A DNA stretch of 64,000 bases. Origin: Glaucostegus cemiculus. Its lineage: Eukaryota. Location of the stretch: the NCBI GenBank assembly GCA_976551045.1, contig CDPCPM010000074.1, forward strand, positions 7,502,001 through 7,566,000, given 5' to 3'. The position numbers were made by a program, and so were the translations under genes. The notes beneath the pieces were generated by a model that was not told the origin of the DNA, did no database searches, and worked only from the letters and a program-made list of their open reading frames with translations. Of the stretch, positions 24,131 to 38,254 are shown piece after piece. Within the stretch, counting starts at the first letter, position 1; each line of letters opens with the position of its first letter.

Positions 24131-27100
24131 CATGATTGTTACTCTCTTCTAATGTTGTGGAATCATATAGACTCTTTCTTTATGGCTGAACAGTACTGAA
24201 ATCAGATATGGAGTTCTTCAGTGCACACATCTGGAAAATGCATTGATGATGTGTAATTCAAATATTTGATGACTCTTATTGTGGTTGAACAACTTTTCTG
24301 AGCTAGTTGAATCCAAAGAAGACAGACATTAAATAGCTTCCTATCTGTGCCTGTCATTTTTAGTCCTTATGATGGGAAAAAGATTTCATATTTTGTTTGA
24401 GTCTTAGTGGCTTTTGTAGTTATTTGGGAGGGTAGTTGTGGTTTATCTGACTAGAGTTTGTTGTTTATTTCTTCAACATTTAATTATTGTTATGTGCACT
24501 GTAATTTAAATTGACTTTGATGTCTTGTGTATTGTAAACACTTGAGCTTTGTTGCGTGCATTAAGACTTGAGGTTTGTCCATTCAGTTGTATTAATTTTT
24601 CCAAGGAAGAAAATAAACTACTAAACAAAAGGGTTTTAAAGTCATGCAGGAGGCAAATACATTTGCCTACCTATGCTTCTGCAGGTAAGAACAAGTAGAA
24701 GTCGATGATAACTAAATAGAATAACACTGGCTCCTTCAGCACTTCACCTTGGTAGGTTTAAGAGAAGGGAAATTCTCCTGTTAGATTTGTTCTGGGTAGA
24801 AATGAGAAACTGCACAAAGGGGGGAAAATCTTTTCAGAAAGACAACACAAAAACATGTCTGTCAGGCATAGAAACTAGATGGTATAGATGAACCTTGCTA
24901 GATGGTTCCAGCAGTTTCATGTGAAACTGGCAGCTTTCAGTTGACAACATTTAAGTGAATCGTGGACTTCCATGTTCAACAGCACATGCATGGAAGTATG
25001 AGAGCTACTGAGTTGTAGATGGCACTGCATTTGCCACTAGTCTCCATTTTGAATTCTACATAGTCCCACATCTGAACCTGTTCTTGGATTTGCCACTTAT
25101 ATTAAAGAATTGTCTCTGAATTTATGCTAGTTGTGTGATCTGAGACCAATGATTTCAAGGGGTTCTAGGCTAGTAAATTATGAAACAATAGGGATATATT
25201 TTTAATCAAAGTGCATGTTTTACCTACTTTCCTAATTAACTATTTCAGAATTCATTAATTTCCTCTAGTAGATTTTGCATGTTTCTGAATATTGGGTATT
25301 CAAGCTAAAATCCATAAGAGCAGTAACGAAAGGGCAATGTTGCCTTCTCCCAAGGTCATTTGGGGATATTTTGGGCATGTGTTCTCAACACAACATCAGA
25401 GGACAACTTGCTGTCTGGATGTTGCCATTCGGGTGAGTATCACTGCATTAGGGCCAGAGATGCCAGGCCAGATTCATAGAAATTTTGGCTAAGAAACTAA
25501 CCATTCAATCCAACCACTAGAAGCAGGCAAGTTTTAGTAGGAAATTGTAACTTAAAGTCTTTGAACCCAACCTGCTGACTTCTGTCAATGGAAACAGAAC
25601 CAGGGTCAGATGAACACCTCATTTCTCAGGCTGTTGGTTAATCTTGCAAAACCTCTGGCTTGGAAATCCTGCTTCAGTAAATATTGGCACCAAAGGGCCT
25701 TTACCTTCTCTCAGTTCCCCTTTCCCTTTCTACCTCCTGACATGCCAAAAAAGACACCTTTTTAAAAATCAGGTAGTTAAGGCAACTGGCTTGAGATGAG
25801 ATCTTGTATTAACTAAAATTATATATTTTATCCATGGGCTTTATCTTTTAAGTCTTTGTATATTGGATTATTCTTGAATTCTCTTGAGGGCAAGTTGTGC
25901 AGCTGGAGTGCTGTTTGACCAGAAGAGGAATTTAAGGGACGAAGGGTCAAATAAGCATTTAACAAAATTTGTGTTATCTTAACACAGTCTTAGATTCTTT
26001 AGATTGGGGTTGAAAACAGTTTGCCTTTGTATAGTAATTATTTCACAATGCTAATGCAGCATTTTTGGAGCACTTTTTTTGTCAGAATTGTTCATTCTAG
26101 TTTTTACTGTTTTTAACCTATCTGTACTCCACACTTGTGAAAGACCGTTGACTATATTTCAACGGTCTCTTATTTGCATAACCCATTCAACTGTGAGGTC
26201 TAAAAATCTTCTGTTCTCCATCTACACAACTAAATACTAAATTAACCCGTGGCAAATCTTTAGCATGTAATCACACTGTAAAGAGTTTTATTGCTTGGTC
26301 AAAAATTTAAATTCTAGTTAGTAAAGCAATTTGATTATTATGCTCTTTCCCCATTTGGGGATTTCCAATGTGCTTAAAATAGTTCTGGAGAGAAGTGAAA
26401 ATTGCCTCGTATAGTGATGGGATATTGCAACAGTTGGTTGCATTAGAGTCATGGTGTGGTGGGTTATGAATTTGTGCCATTGGTCTTTCACACCGTTGAG
26501 TTCTCTGCCTTCCCTAGCTAGATTGACTGGCAGGCAAAGATTAAAATCTTGTCATTTCCCTGCAGGGCATGAAGATCTGTTCTGCTGATTTTTTTTAGGG
26601 TTTGGCTCTGTTACTGTCCTCTTGTTTTGTACATCCCCAAGCTTGTAGCAACTTTGCTCACCAATTTTCAGTCCTTGCACCCAATGGCTGTCATCATATG
26701 ATCCTTGCTTCCTTGCTGAAGCTTTGTATTGAGAGATGTAGTGTCTTATTTTATCAGGGTGAGTAGCTGAGTTTCTTTGATTCTGGGTACAAGCAGGGAA
26801 CTGAGGTAGAGTATGCAACCAATAGCATTCTTATTCCTGCTCTCGTCCACAAGTATGTCTAGCAGAGACTATTGGATTTGTATCTTCAATCTGAATCTAT
26901 TTTCCTCCAGACCCGGGGCAGTCAATGTCAACAGAATTCTTTCTGCAGCAGAGAGTTGGCAGTGTCTCTGGATCTGTTGTAGACCTGCTGATCTATGTGG
27001 TTCTGTTCTTCATTGGTTGAATGTGAGCTGTTAGTGAGACATACCAAGGCACTATCATCCTCTTTAGTTCACCTCTGCAAACAATCCTGTGAAATCCTAC

Positions 27101-27529
27101 TTCAGTTCCCAATTTCCTTTTTCACAGAGAAATGGCAACAACAGGTCCTCCCAGGGTGACAGCAGTGTTTCATTCCTGTGAGCTGTTTGTAACCCAAATA
27201 GTTTTCAAGTGGAGATGCAGCCAAGAACAGAGGTCCCACTGGGCTGAGGATACCTGCAGCTCCACAGCAGCTGGCAAATCCATCCCACTGGTCTAACAAA
27301 TGCTTGTTTCTGTGCTGGCTGCAGATAAGTTGGGTGTTTGTAAGCCAGGGAGGAGCTTTATGTAAAATGTTTCATAACTGAGCTACATTGGCAGAAATTT
27401 GATAGCAGCTTAGCAACCTTCTGAAAGAATGTTAATTGGAGGAATCCTCGGGTTGTATTGTAGTTGGGGTAAAGTGCTGATTGATCACTTAAGATCTTGG
27501 TAATTTTTTAAAGTCATTTGCAGGTCATG

Positions 27530-27990
27530 AGAAGGTACTTCCACACTGCTTTAATGGGGGGAGTTCCAGGGTATTGACCCAAGGGCAATAAAGAATTTAT
27601 GATTTGTCTCCAGTGGAGATCGTGTGATCTGGGGAATTTTCGGGTGCTTTATGTTCTGAGCTGATCCTCAGGTGGGGATAGAACTCCTGAGCTAGGAAGT
27701 CCAGTTGAAGCCTTGAATTGTTGCAGTGCATTTCAGAATAATGCAGACTATACTTCGGTGATGGTGGGATTGTATATTTTGTGTAGTCAGCTGTACCAGG
27801 TAAGTGGGTTGCTGCTTACCCAGATGTCAAGCTATTTGAGTGTTGCTGGAGATGCATTTTTTCCAGACGTGGAGAGTATTTTGTTAAATTCAAGACTTGT
27901 TCCTTGTTAATGGTGGAGAAGCTTTGGTGAGTCACTCACCACAGGATTCCAGTCTCTAACTTTCTTTTGTAGCCACAGTATTTATGTGGG
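27530..27990 (-). mobile_element. Decayed LINE remnant (same family as 39940-40900)
   Basis: gggagttccagggtattgaccca...; gtggagaagctttggtgagtcactcaccacaggattccagtctct...gtagccacagtatttatgtgg. Confidence 0.55.
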
Positions 27991-30900
27991 ATTACTACCA
28001 CACATTATTTCTAAAAATGTCAAATGTTTAGAACTTTGAACAAAGCACAGATTAAAGAAGATGGAATTTTTAATGTAAATTTTTTGTTAGTCATTGTAAA
28101 TTTGGGAAAACTAAGTGAGACAAATGCATTTTGCAGGTAGCTTTATCCTTGCAAAATTAGTATTTTTATTAACACTTCAGGTTGATAAATCTTTCTACCT
28201 GAAAAGTTAACTGTTTTTCTCTACAACTGTTGCAGTGTCTGTGAGTTTCCATTTGGTTCAAATTTTAAAATTTGCAATATTTTGTTTTTGAACTAGGACA
28301 GTATTTATCCACTATACACTCTTCTAAAGTTGCCATTAATAAACACATGAAGCTTTGTCACAAAAAAGCTGTTCAAGGATCAGTTCTCACTCATTGTTAA
28401 TTTACTTATTGAATCCAGTGATACTTTTAAAAAGTGAATTCCATGTATAACTCATCACACAATTCATCTCCTTCCATGAGGTCATCATTACCAGATTGTC
28501 TCTCCAAATGGTGGCAATACAATGATGCATTTATGCAGTTGAAAAATATCTTAGTACGTACTGGTAATTTGGTCTCTGAGGCTACCAATGGAGTTTTGCT
28601 TTTGTGATTTGCATAGCTTGATTGGAATTGTGATCAATTATTGGACACATCCTCTAGAAATGCTCCACTGGTTATCAGAAGGGATATGGCTTTTTATATT
28701 TTGATATTCAGTGCACATCCTAATGTTTTAATATAATAAAACCTGTTGTGTATAAATAATGGAACTTGTGACATTGTATTGTCTTGTACCCATTGATTTC
28801 ATAAATCACCTGAAACTTTTTTTTAGTGTTATGAATTATTTTGTCTTGTAAACATTTGAATGATGCTCAGATAGCAATTTAGTTCTGTCTGGTATAAAGA
28901 ATTCTGTTCCTTTACCCAAGATAGTGTAGAAATTAAAAAGGCCTTGGTGCAGTTCCTTGGAGAACACAATAGACTGATAAATGACTAGAATGTTAGAATG
29001 ACATTTATCAAATACCTTAAAATTTGAGACATCTAATCAATGATACTATTTTTTGGGAAGTCTTTATTTTGTCCTGGCATTGTAGGTGAATCCAGTTGCT
29101 ATCAAGAATTTTATTCAGTGAAATAAATATACTGAAGATTGTTCTTCTGAACCTGTAATGATATTTGCTAGTTTTTCAGTGGATTCATGAGATGAGAGAC
29201 AGGGATCTTTTCATACTTTGTTTCATTCTTTGTCCTGAAATGTCAGGTTGTCATATTGAACTGGTGCAATACTTGTGGCAGATGGTGCTTTCAAGAGCAT
29301 GATACAGCTAACGTTAAAAAAAAAATGACCTGGGTGACAATGAGGGAACAACAATATGTTTAAGTCGAGATGATTTTTAACAGAGGGTATTGGGACTAAT
29401 GGTATTCTCCTTAACGTTGGTGTTTTTGATCTTGATTAGAGCTTGTGGTCCTATTGGACTTGTTTGGTTGGTCTGGGTTGTGGACCACCTTGTAGATTTA
29501 CAAGAACAGTGTACCACCTTAAAGTTCTCAGTTACCACCTCAGTTCTGCCGTAGTTCAAAGTATATGCATGGAGTCTTGAGACACTGAACCCCTAAGTGA
29601 GTTGTAGAAATAGAGTAGCTCCTCCTCCTCCTGTTATTTCTTAATACCTGTTACTTTTGGTATCTCTCTCATTTATTCATGTGCAATACCTAGGTCTGAG
29701 TTTTGCCCAGTTCTTCAAAGCATCAAGACAATCTTGATCTTAGTTAGCCTGATATTTGCATTAAGAAATGTTAAGACACATTTTTACCTTTTTTCGTACT
29801 TTGACACCCGGTAAGTGTAGGATTACTAGCAACATTAAATTGTGTCAAATCACCTGGGGCAGGGATTGAATCTAGGACCTACCAGGCATTTGAATTCCTT
29901 GTTTGGCAGTTTTGGAGTGGTTTTTTTCCCCTCAATTTTTTTGTTTTGAGCCTTAAAACACTCTGGTTTTCTTGCTTGTCCAATGTTGTCACAAACTTGG
30001 TAGATGTATATTTAAGTTATAAACCCAGTTAAATGATTATCTACAGTACCTGTTCTTTAGTTCAGTCATTAGTTTGTAGTTATCTTGTCTGGAAGGGAAG
30101 CACGTGGCATTGATAGCAACTCAATTGTACCATTGAAAAGGGAATAATGGCACAGGGTGGCAGTCTGTCAAAGTTAATTACTTCCAAAGAGAGTAGATAG
30201 GAACCTTCATTACCTTTTCATATAGGACATTGATCAAATCATCTCCCCTGCTGGGTAATGAAACTTGGCAGCCAATCTGGATTCTATTGTACAGAACCTG
30301 TGGGACATGTGCATCCAATGTAATCTGCTCTCTGCCAGTTACCGTTGCTCAGTCTCAATCTTTTTTCAGATCGAATCCACATGTGCAAGTGCTTGAGCCT
30401 TTGAGTATGGTGCCAGATGTAAACTTTGCAACTAGCATTATAGCATAATACACCACATTGCTTTACATTAACTTGCTGTGCTTTTAGGCATTGTTACAGC
30501 ATCTTGATTACAACATGTGTAAATTGTAGTACATGAAAGTCATTTTCTGTAACTATAAGAACTTTTTGAGTTATTACATGGATTTACTTTCAATGCAAAT
30601 AGCAGGCGCTGCAAAGATGACAATTCTTTTAAACATGCCAAGGGCTATGACCAATTTTAAACTGGAAAGGAAGCAAGAATTGATTTTCAGTGACATTCTG
30701 TACTATTTGGCAGAGACTATCCTCCCTCTAAAAAGGTCTGTCCCCTTGCCACATGGTTAGGAAAAATGCAAGGTAGCATTTGATTCGGGAACAGTACAAG
30801 GACCTGCACACTTCATTACTTCAAGTACCCTTACCTTGCACAATTGGAATTGTAAGCTTTAACAAAACACATTACAAAGTAATATACAGACACAAGAAGC

Positions 30901-31194
30901 ACAAGCTTATCCAGCTTGTTGAAACGTTGTACTTGAACTGCTTCTGTACACAGTTTACATGCTGTAATCCATCAGAGATGATGTTACGATTTTACATGAA
31001 CTGTACTGTTTTGCTTGAACTGATTAAATGCATTTTATAAATTTAACCCAATCTCAGGTTTTTGTTCTCTAGGGTCTTTACAATGGTATTGTTGCCATGT
31101 GTAGAATTGGCAGATTTGCCAGATGTTAGAATGTCATGCATCTTTGAACTCTGTACAGTTGTTGCATTTGGACTTTATTTCAGATGCCAATTTT

Positions 31195-31280
31195 AAAAAA
31201 TCAGAAAATGCTGGAAATGCTCAGTGGGCCAGGCAGCATCTCTGGAAAGAAATGGAGTTGACGTGTCAAATCTGAGATTA
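31195..31280 (-). mobile_element. Penelope-like 3'-terminal fragment
   Basis: aaaatgctggaaatgctcagtgggccaggcagcatctctggaaagaaa...gttgacgt. Confidence 0.6.
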
Positions 31281-31293
31281 TGACCAGCAGAAT

Positions 31294-31527
31294 CACGATA
31301 GCGTAGCGGTTAGCGCGACACTGTTACAGCGCCAGCAATCGGGTTTTGATTCCTGTAGCTGACTATAAGGAGTTTGTACATTCTCCCGTGTCTGCGTGGG
31401 TTTCCTCCGGGTGCTCCGGTTTCCTCCCACATTCTAAAGACGTACGGGTAGGGGGTTTAAAATGGGCAGCGCGGACTCGTTGGGCCGAAAGGGCCTGTTA
31501 CCACGCTGTAAATAAAATTAAAAAAAA
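31294..31527 (+). mobile_element. V-SINE (HE1-like, tRNA-derived), young copy
   Basis: A-box-like tagcgtagcggttagc, B-box-like ggttttgattcc, V-domain gtctgcgtgggtttcctccgggtgctccggtttcctcccaca, CR1-type tail and A-rich end. AGAATCA is repeated at both ends. Confidence 0.85.
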
Positions 31528-32711
31528 GAATCAAGCTTCAGCAATAAATCCTTTCTGACAATGACCACATGCTAAAAATTTTCTTGCTCCAATCACTTGT
31601 GTTGCTGATTCTTTTCCTAATACCAAAGTTTTTTTTAAGTAGATGATAAAGTGGAGTCAACATTGGCAAAGTCAGGTTGAAATCCAGTTAAGTGTGGGAT
31701 TGCACCTCTTCAATAGCAGAAGAAACAAAACCCATTAATGACGGTGTTTTCTGTCCCTGATGATGGCCTTAACCTTCTCTTTCAATTGGCTACAGCCCAA
31801 ATAAATTATTGCCTAGTACACAAAGGCATTTTTTGGAATTTCATCTTGAAGTTTTCTGAACACTTGAGCATCCAAAAATTTTGCTTTTATGTATAGTTGT
31901 GATGGGTGCAATTAGAATGCCATATTGATTGGACAAACTGGCCTTCTCCATGGGTGCCTGGAAAGATTTATAGTGTCTATTTTATCCCATTTAATAGCTC
32001 AGTTTATCAGCGGGTGAAGTAATGTCTTCTACATTAAACTGGGCAAGGGTGTGAGATGGATCTAATCTGGTAAACACCTTTTTTACCTCTGTCATTGCAA
32101 CATGCCCTCTTGATATAGGGGTATCAATCCCTTTGTAAAGAATCATATTATCTCTGCAGAGGCATGGTATTATTTACCTTGGGTATCAGGATAATAAGTG
32201 TTGCCAAATCATTCTGTGGCACTTTCAGAAATGTCTTGTCTTGTATTACTGCAGTTTATTCAGCTGTTCTCCAAGGCATATGGTATGTACCCCTTTAGGT
32301 TTATAATAAATTGCTTTGGCATTTGGCTTAACAGATGCAACAATGGTGTCATTTAATGTTTATAAGAATCCCTAAGCTTGTTTGTTTTGTTCTCCTAGCT
32401 GTTTTACAAATGGTTATAATGAATTAACACTTTTTCCAATCCACCCTGAACTCTTTTTCAGCTAGTCTCTCCTTAACAGGATCTGTTCACATAATTAGCC
32501 AGCAAAATTGGTAGCCTTGTCTGTTCTCCATTATGGAGAAAAATCTTCTTAAGAATGATTATATATTCTGATTATATACAGTAACTGCTAAATGGCTTTC
32601 TTGATCTCTTTTAGCAGGTTCCAGGCTTGCAACTTCTCTCAACCTCTAGTGCTGTCATGAAGCAGTAATACACAACTTGTAAAACAATGTCAAATGGGAT
32701 ATTGGTTAGGC

Positions 32712-33010
32712 TTGTGTTCAATGTCTCAGATACAAGAGGCCATGGCTTTAAAGTAATGGGTGGGAAGTTCAAGGGAGATATCAGAGGAAGGTTTTTTTAC
32801 CCAGAGAATGGTTGGGGCATGGAATGTGTTCCCTGGGCGGTGGTGAAGGCAGGTACATTGGTCAAATTCAAGAGATTGCTAGATAAGCATATTGAGGAAT
32901 TTAAAATAGAAGGATATGTGAGGAAGGGGTTAGATAATCTTGGGTGAGGTTTAAAGGTTGGCACAACATTATGGGCCGAAGGGCCTGTATTGTGCTGTAC
33001 TTTCTATGAT
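32712..33010 (+). mobile_element. CR1 LINE 3' end
   Basis: TRGHGFKVMGGKFKGDIRGRFF...VVKAGTLVKFKRLLDKH followed by gggccgaagggcctgtattgtgctgtac. Confidence 0.85.
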
Positions 33011-36000
33011 TCTGATATCTGATGATGTTTACACCAACCAGATTGTCTTGTTTGTGTAGAACCTTGTTCTGGGAAATTTCTTTTGTCCCTTATTTCATTG
33101 TTTGTCCTTTTAAAAAAAAAAAAAGAAAAAGAAATCTCTATCTTTGTTCTATGTGCAAGAGCATTTGTACTTTGTCATAACTATTGCGATTTCCAGTATA
33201 GTTGGTCAGGGACTGGACTACTATTTTGCATTGTCTTCCACTTTGACGGTTACTCAACTTGTATTTTCTTTGCAATAAATTTTGTAGGGTCTACCTTATT
33301 TCCTTCCTGCTCGAGTCTGAACCTCAGGCTTGCGTTTAATCATGATTTTTCTCAGACACGCCCGAACAAGGCCGTCAGTTGACATCCTTGATAACTCTGC
33401 TGCTTTAGATGAGTGTTATTTTTCACTAGTACAGTCTCATTGCCACTGTAACATATTCACTCTTCTTAACTTCAAGCAGAATCTATAGCAGGGTGTACAG
33501 ATTAATACACAAGGAGCTGAACTGAGGTGTGATTTGGTTATTGAAGGTTCTGCTCAGATTATGCTGTACGCAATATGCATGTGACATAATACATTATAAG
33601 TGATGTTACATATATTTAGTGCAAACAATATCCTTTTTAAATCTCTGTCCCCAGATGCCTAATTTGTTTTAAAGCCATGGTTGTACTTGCTATAACTTGG
33701 AGATTTTCATACTTGTAGCATAACTTTGGTTATAATGTGAATGAGACTTGCAACTAAAAGTTTAGAAGCCATTTATTGTGAGGCAGATATGTAAAAATGT
33801 TTACTATTTTTCCTTTGCTATCATTTACTTTTAAATATATGGAGAATTGATAAGCAATTTGGTCTAAAGATATAAATTAACACTTAGCAGTATCAGCAAA
33901 AGAATTGCAATTCAGTTTTTCCTCTTTTAGTTTGCTATTTAATTTTCTGTGGGTAGTGGAAGCATTTAAAGAAAATCATTTGTAAGCTATATTGATCAAG
34001 AGTGAGATGTTTGTATTATCTGTGTGAGTATAATATCAATATGCTGCTAATTTGACATTGAGTTGCTGCAGCTGGGTTGCTTTTAAGTCTTAATGCATTA
34101 ATTTGTTTTCATTTATTTAGTACATCTGTACAAAATTGAAAATTTAGTATTTATTTTTGTGTGGGGCTTTAAGGATAACCAGTAACTCAATTTTTATATT
34201 TCTATAGATATTCCAAATTATATGCATTAAACGATGTATGCAATTTGTAACAATAAGCAAGGAAATTTTACACTTTTGATTTAAGTCTCACTAACAATTA
34301 CTATAGATGTATTAGATGGTGCTGTTTGTAGATGTAATTTTAAAAATTTGTAAAAATTAAAGGCCATAATTTGAGATTTTGATACTGACACCTTTTGAAG
34401 GTGTATCTAGTGTGTTCCAGTTCTTTTGGGACTGATATTGAATATTTTCTCTTCAGTTTTAAATTAGTATAAAACACTTGAGTTCACATCTGAAGTAATC
34501 CTTGCGCTATTCTTCTGAAAATTTAGTACTGAATCAAAAGGTTTTCTCAGCCAGTGACACATCTTGCAAAGTCTGTGTCTGAAAAACTGAGTAAATCTTA
34601 ATTCTATTTTTGCTCTTGCGGTGTTATCACCTCCCAAGCACTGCCAAGAAGTTCTTTTTATTGAGAAATGGAGTGATGAATGAGGAAAAAGCAGAACAGG
34701 AAATCTGTGGCGGGATGTGGTTGTCCTATACAGCCTGTCATTTTAACTCTACGTACAACTGCAAGGCAAGTCTGTCAGACAAGATGGAGAGTTAAACTGC
34801 TTACTGAAAATTTACATCTGTAATCCATTTCAATTTTGGAGAATTGTGTTGCTTTCCACTGCATGTTATTGCAGGTGCTGCCTCATTTACACAGTAGCAT
34901 TAAGCTGTCATTTACGAAACTTTGTTTTACTGGTAGTGATGAAGTCATTTGCTACAGTAGTGCTCAATGCCTCATATCAATTAGTTTGTCAAAAATCCTT
35001 TTGAGGGGTGAAATTGCCAGCCTTCAGTAAGTTTTATTCCCTTTCATACCTTGTCCAGTGTAGTTTTAGTACTTGTTATTGATATTGGCGATGAGTGATT
35101 TCACTGATTTTCATGGAAAAAACACTTTGTTCTTCATAATATTGAGCCATTCTGTTTGAGTTTCCTTCAAATGACATATGGTCATAAATGTCCAATCAAT
35201 CAGATTTAAAAAAACACAACAATGTAAAAGGTAAGCTTGTTGTACAGCAAGCATGTTGAAAGCTGGCACTTAGTTTAATGGTGGTTATGAGGAAATGCAT
35301 TAATTAATCATTTGAATAATAAGTAATGCAGTTCAAAACCTGTCTTGGGGAATGATACATTGTTATTATTGAACCATTAGACAGCCCTTCAAGTGGAGTT
35401 TAAGATTAGAATCCCCGAAGTGCATGTCTCATTTTTATCAAATTGTTTAAGGATGGAGGCTGTGAAATGAGGGTATAATTTTTTTTATTGGCTGCTTTCA
35501 AACATGGCTCTGCTTCCAGTCTGGAGCAAAACTTTCTGCTACGGAGATCCATGAAGCTGGTTCCTGGAGTGTTACATGTCAACTACAGGAATACATGTGC
35601 ATTATGACTGCTTAAGGAAGAGATTTAGTCGTCATCAGATTACTGATCTGTAAAATCTTCCCTTGACTCTAGAAATGACTAATGGAAGGTAATATGCTGT
35701 TGGATATGATTGACAGCTACTTGGTGGGTGTGGCCATTCATGCTTTAAACTGACAATTACCCTGGCATCCAGCTTTCATGCAGTGACATATAAACTCTCT
35801 AGCATGTTGATTACTCAATTCTTCTGTTATATCAATATTATCTTCAAAGCTGCTGCTTTTGCATCAGCTAAAACAAGGCACATTTCTAACCCAGCCCCCT
35901 CCCCCATCCTTGATGTTTGAGGCATGCACACAAAGTACAGTTTGTCTGGTGTTTCAATGATTGTCTTTCACAAACAACTAACATGATGGATTTCTATTTA

Positions 36001-38217
36001 TGACACACTGCTGGGGACGAGAGAGAATTTTGTGGCAAAGAATATAGTAAGTGTCTAATTTGCCTGTTAAATGACATTCCAGTTAAACGTTAGTGCACCA
36101 CCTGACTATAGAGACTATCTTAGCATGCAGACTAGTCTACCATGGTCCAGATGGGTGGTAGATTCCTAGGGGAAGACTCATTTGTGAGGAGCTTGTTTCC
36201 TCCTTAATAATACAATCCTTTGTTTCTCCACCTACTGTAAACCACAAGCCTTCTGTCTCTCGTAGATCAAGCCTATATTTGACCTGTTGAGGTTTCCTGT
36301 AAAATGTAATTTCCAGTCTAGAGGTTTCCTTGGAACTGAGACCACACCAGACCAACTTTTAACTGTCCCTTGTATTGAAGAAAATCTATTATCACTTTCC
36401 CAAAAAATTGCTGCAGATCAATAGCTTAAATTTGAAAAGTCACACAATGTGGGCAAGACAAAGGAGGAATGAGAACTCTCTTGCTGTATGCAATCTCATA
36501 AGTATGTGAGCACTCACTATTGTGGTATATGGGAGGTGCTGGGAAAATAAACAATACTGTTGCACAGCAAGAGTTGCTGTGAGGGGATGATTGTATAGCA
36601 AAAAATCAGAAAGAAAAGTGCACTAGAGGAAACAGAATATACCAGTCAGAGTAGACATTAAAGTGTATTTCTGGAGGAGAATGAATGCAATACGTGAACC
36701 AGTGAAGGAACATGAGCAAGAAAAACAAAACAAATGGATGATGGAGATGAAATTTATTCAGCCCATGAATTGTTTGAAAGCATTTGTGACTGAGGGAAGA
36801 CTTGTTTATAAACTTCAGTTTGAGGTGTGGTCCAAGTTCATTTTATTTAGCCACAGTGTACGCACCTTTACTGATCATAAATGGGTGGATGTTAACCCAG
36901 ATTTGCAAATTCAAGGGTGTGGTTCAGGTTATGTTTTAGTGGGTAGATGAGCTGCACAGATCACAACCTCAGTTCAGGGTGTGGTCTTGGTTCATGAGCA
37001 TGAAGAAATTTCCTTTCTTTTATTATAGACAGTAGCCATTCAATAGCTGAAATTGTTTACCAGCTTGAATGTTAAGTAGCTACTATTTCAGTTATAACTA
37101 ATTGTGGTTTTATTGTTAAACCAAATATTATACACAGCGATGTGGTTTCAGCCTAATGTAGTGCTCCTACTATGAACACAAAGCAAATTATCTGGGTGAT
37201 CAAAAATACAATTGTGGATTGGCATTGCTGGGAATCTGCTGAAATCGGTATCACTTATTTGCCTGGTGCCATTTGTGCTCTTAAAACGATACGAGAGTTG
37301 TAATATGCCATGCTAACCGAGGTTTTCACTTGTCTAATAGCTCAAGCTAAACTTCAGTGTTGTAAGTAATCACTAGTATTTTTTTAAATGTTAAATATTA
37401 TAAAACAATGTAATGAGGCCACAATAATAGATGTATATAGTGTGGTTATGTGCCTGAACTAGTAATTGAGACGTGCTGATAAATGACCACGAAGCCACTG
37501 AGAGGATATTGTAAAAAATCCAAACAAATTGATAATGCCACTCATAGCAGGAAAGCTGACAGTTGGATTTGTGCGACTCTGGTCCCACATTAATGTAATC
37601 GATGCTCTTGACAACTTGACTGCTTTCTGATGTGGCTAACAAGCCTCTCCAGTTGTAGTAAAATTCAGTTATTTACACCTGGAATTTGTTCTGCAAATTG
37701 GGTGCATATTCTGGAATAGCATGGGGGGGTTTGATTGAGTCAGGTTCTGCAGTGCCAGCTCACTTCAGTACTTCATCCTGGTCAGGGGGATTGGCTTAGT
37801 GAGAAAGTAACATTCAGGAAGTTAAAGAATTTCAGGTATACTTAGTGTTTCATCCTTTGATCGATAGTGTAGAGTGTATGAGATTGATTTACATTGTTGG
37901 ATGTGGAAATGGGACTTTTGGTCCACTGAGTTTATATGGAAATTAAGTACCCATCACACTAATCCCTTTTTATTCTCTCCACTTGTCAATTTCTATTACA
38001 CCAGCAGCCTTAATGTGGGAGTTACTTGTCTGTTGGACTGAATAAATTATTCTCCTGTTTTAAAAACTCCATTATTTGTGCAAGTACATGTGCAGACATG
38101 AGCTTAATCCAAGTCACAACTCCTATTATTCATTACCATATCTGGGTTAACCACATCATTCTTCTGCCATAGATACTAATGGTTGATATGCTCCTAGTGA
38201 GCATGTATAATCTCGGA

Positions 38218-38254
38218 TTTAAACCCACTGCCAGCTTTAAACCCACTGCCAGCT
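38218..38254. repeat. Perfect 18-bp tandem duplication
   Basis: tttaaacccactgccagc x2. Confidence 0.9.

Noticed and set aside
27795-27806. Other CAG|GT motifs (about 9765, 11842, 16186, 27799) as recursive sites
   Set aside because: Weak pyrimidine tract or weak donor, and several lie inside repeats.
31294-31360. Possible tRNA gene
   Set aside because: tRNA-derived SINE head followed by a V-domain, with no complete cloverleaf.
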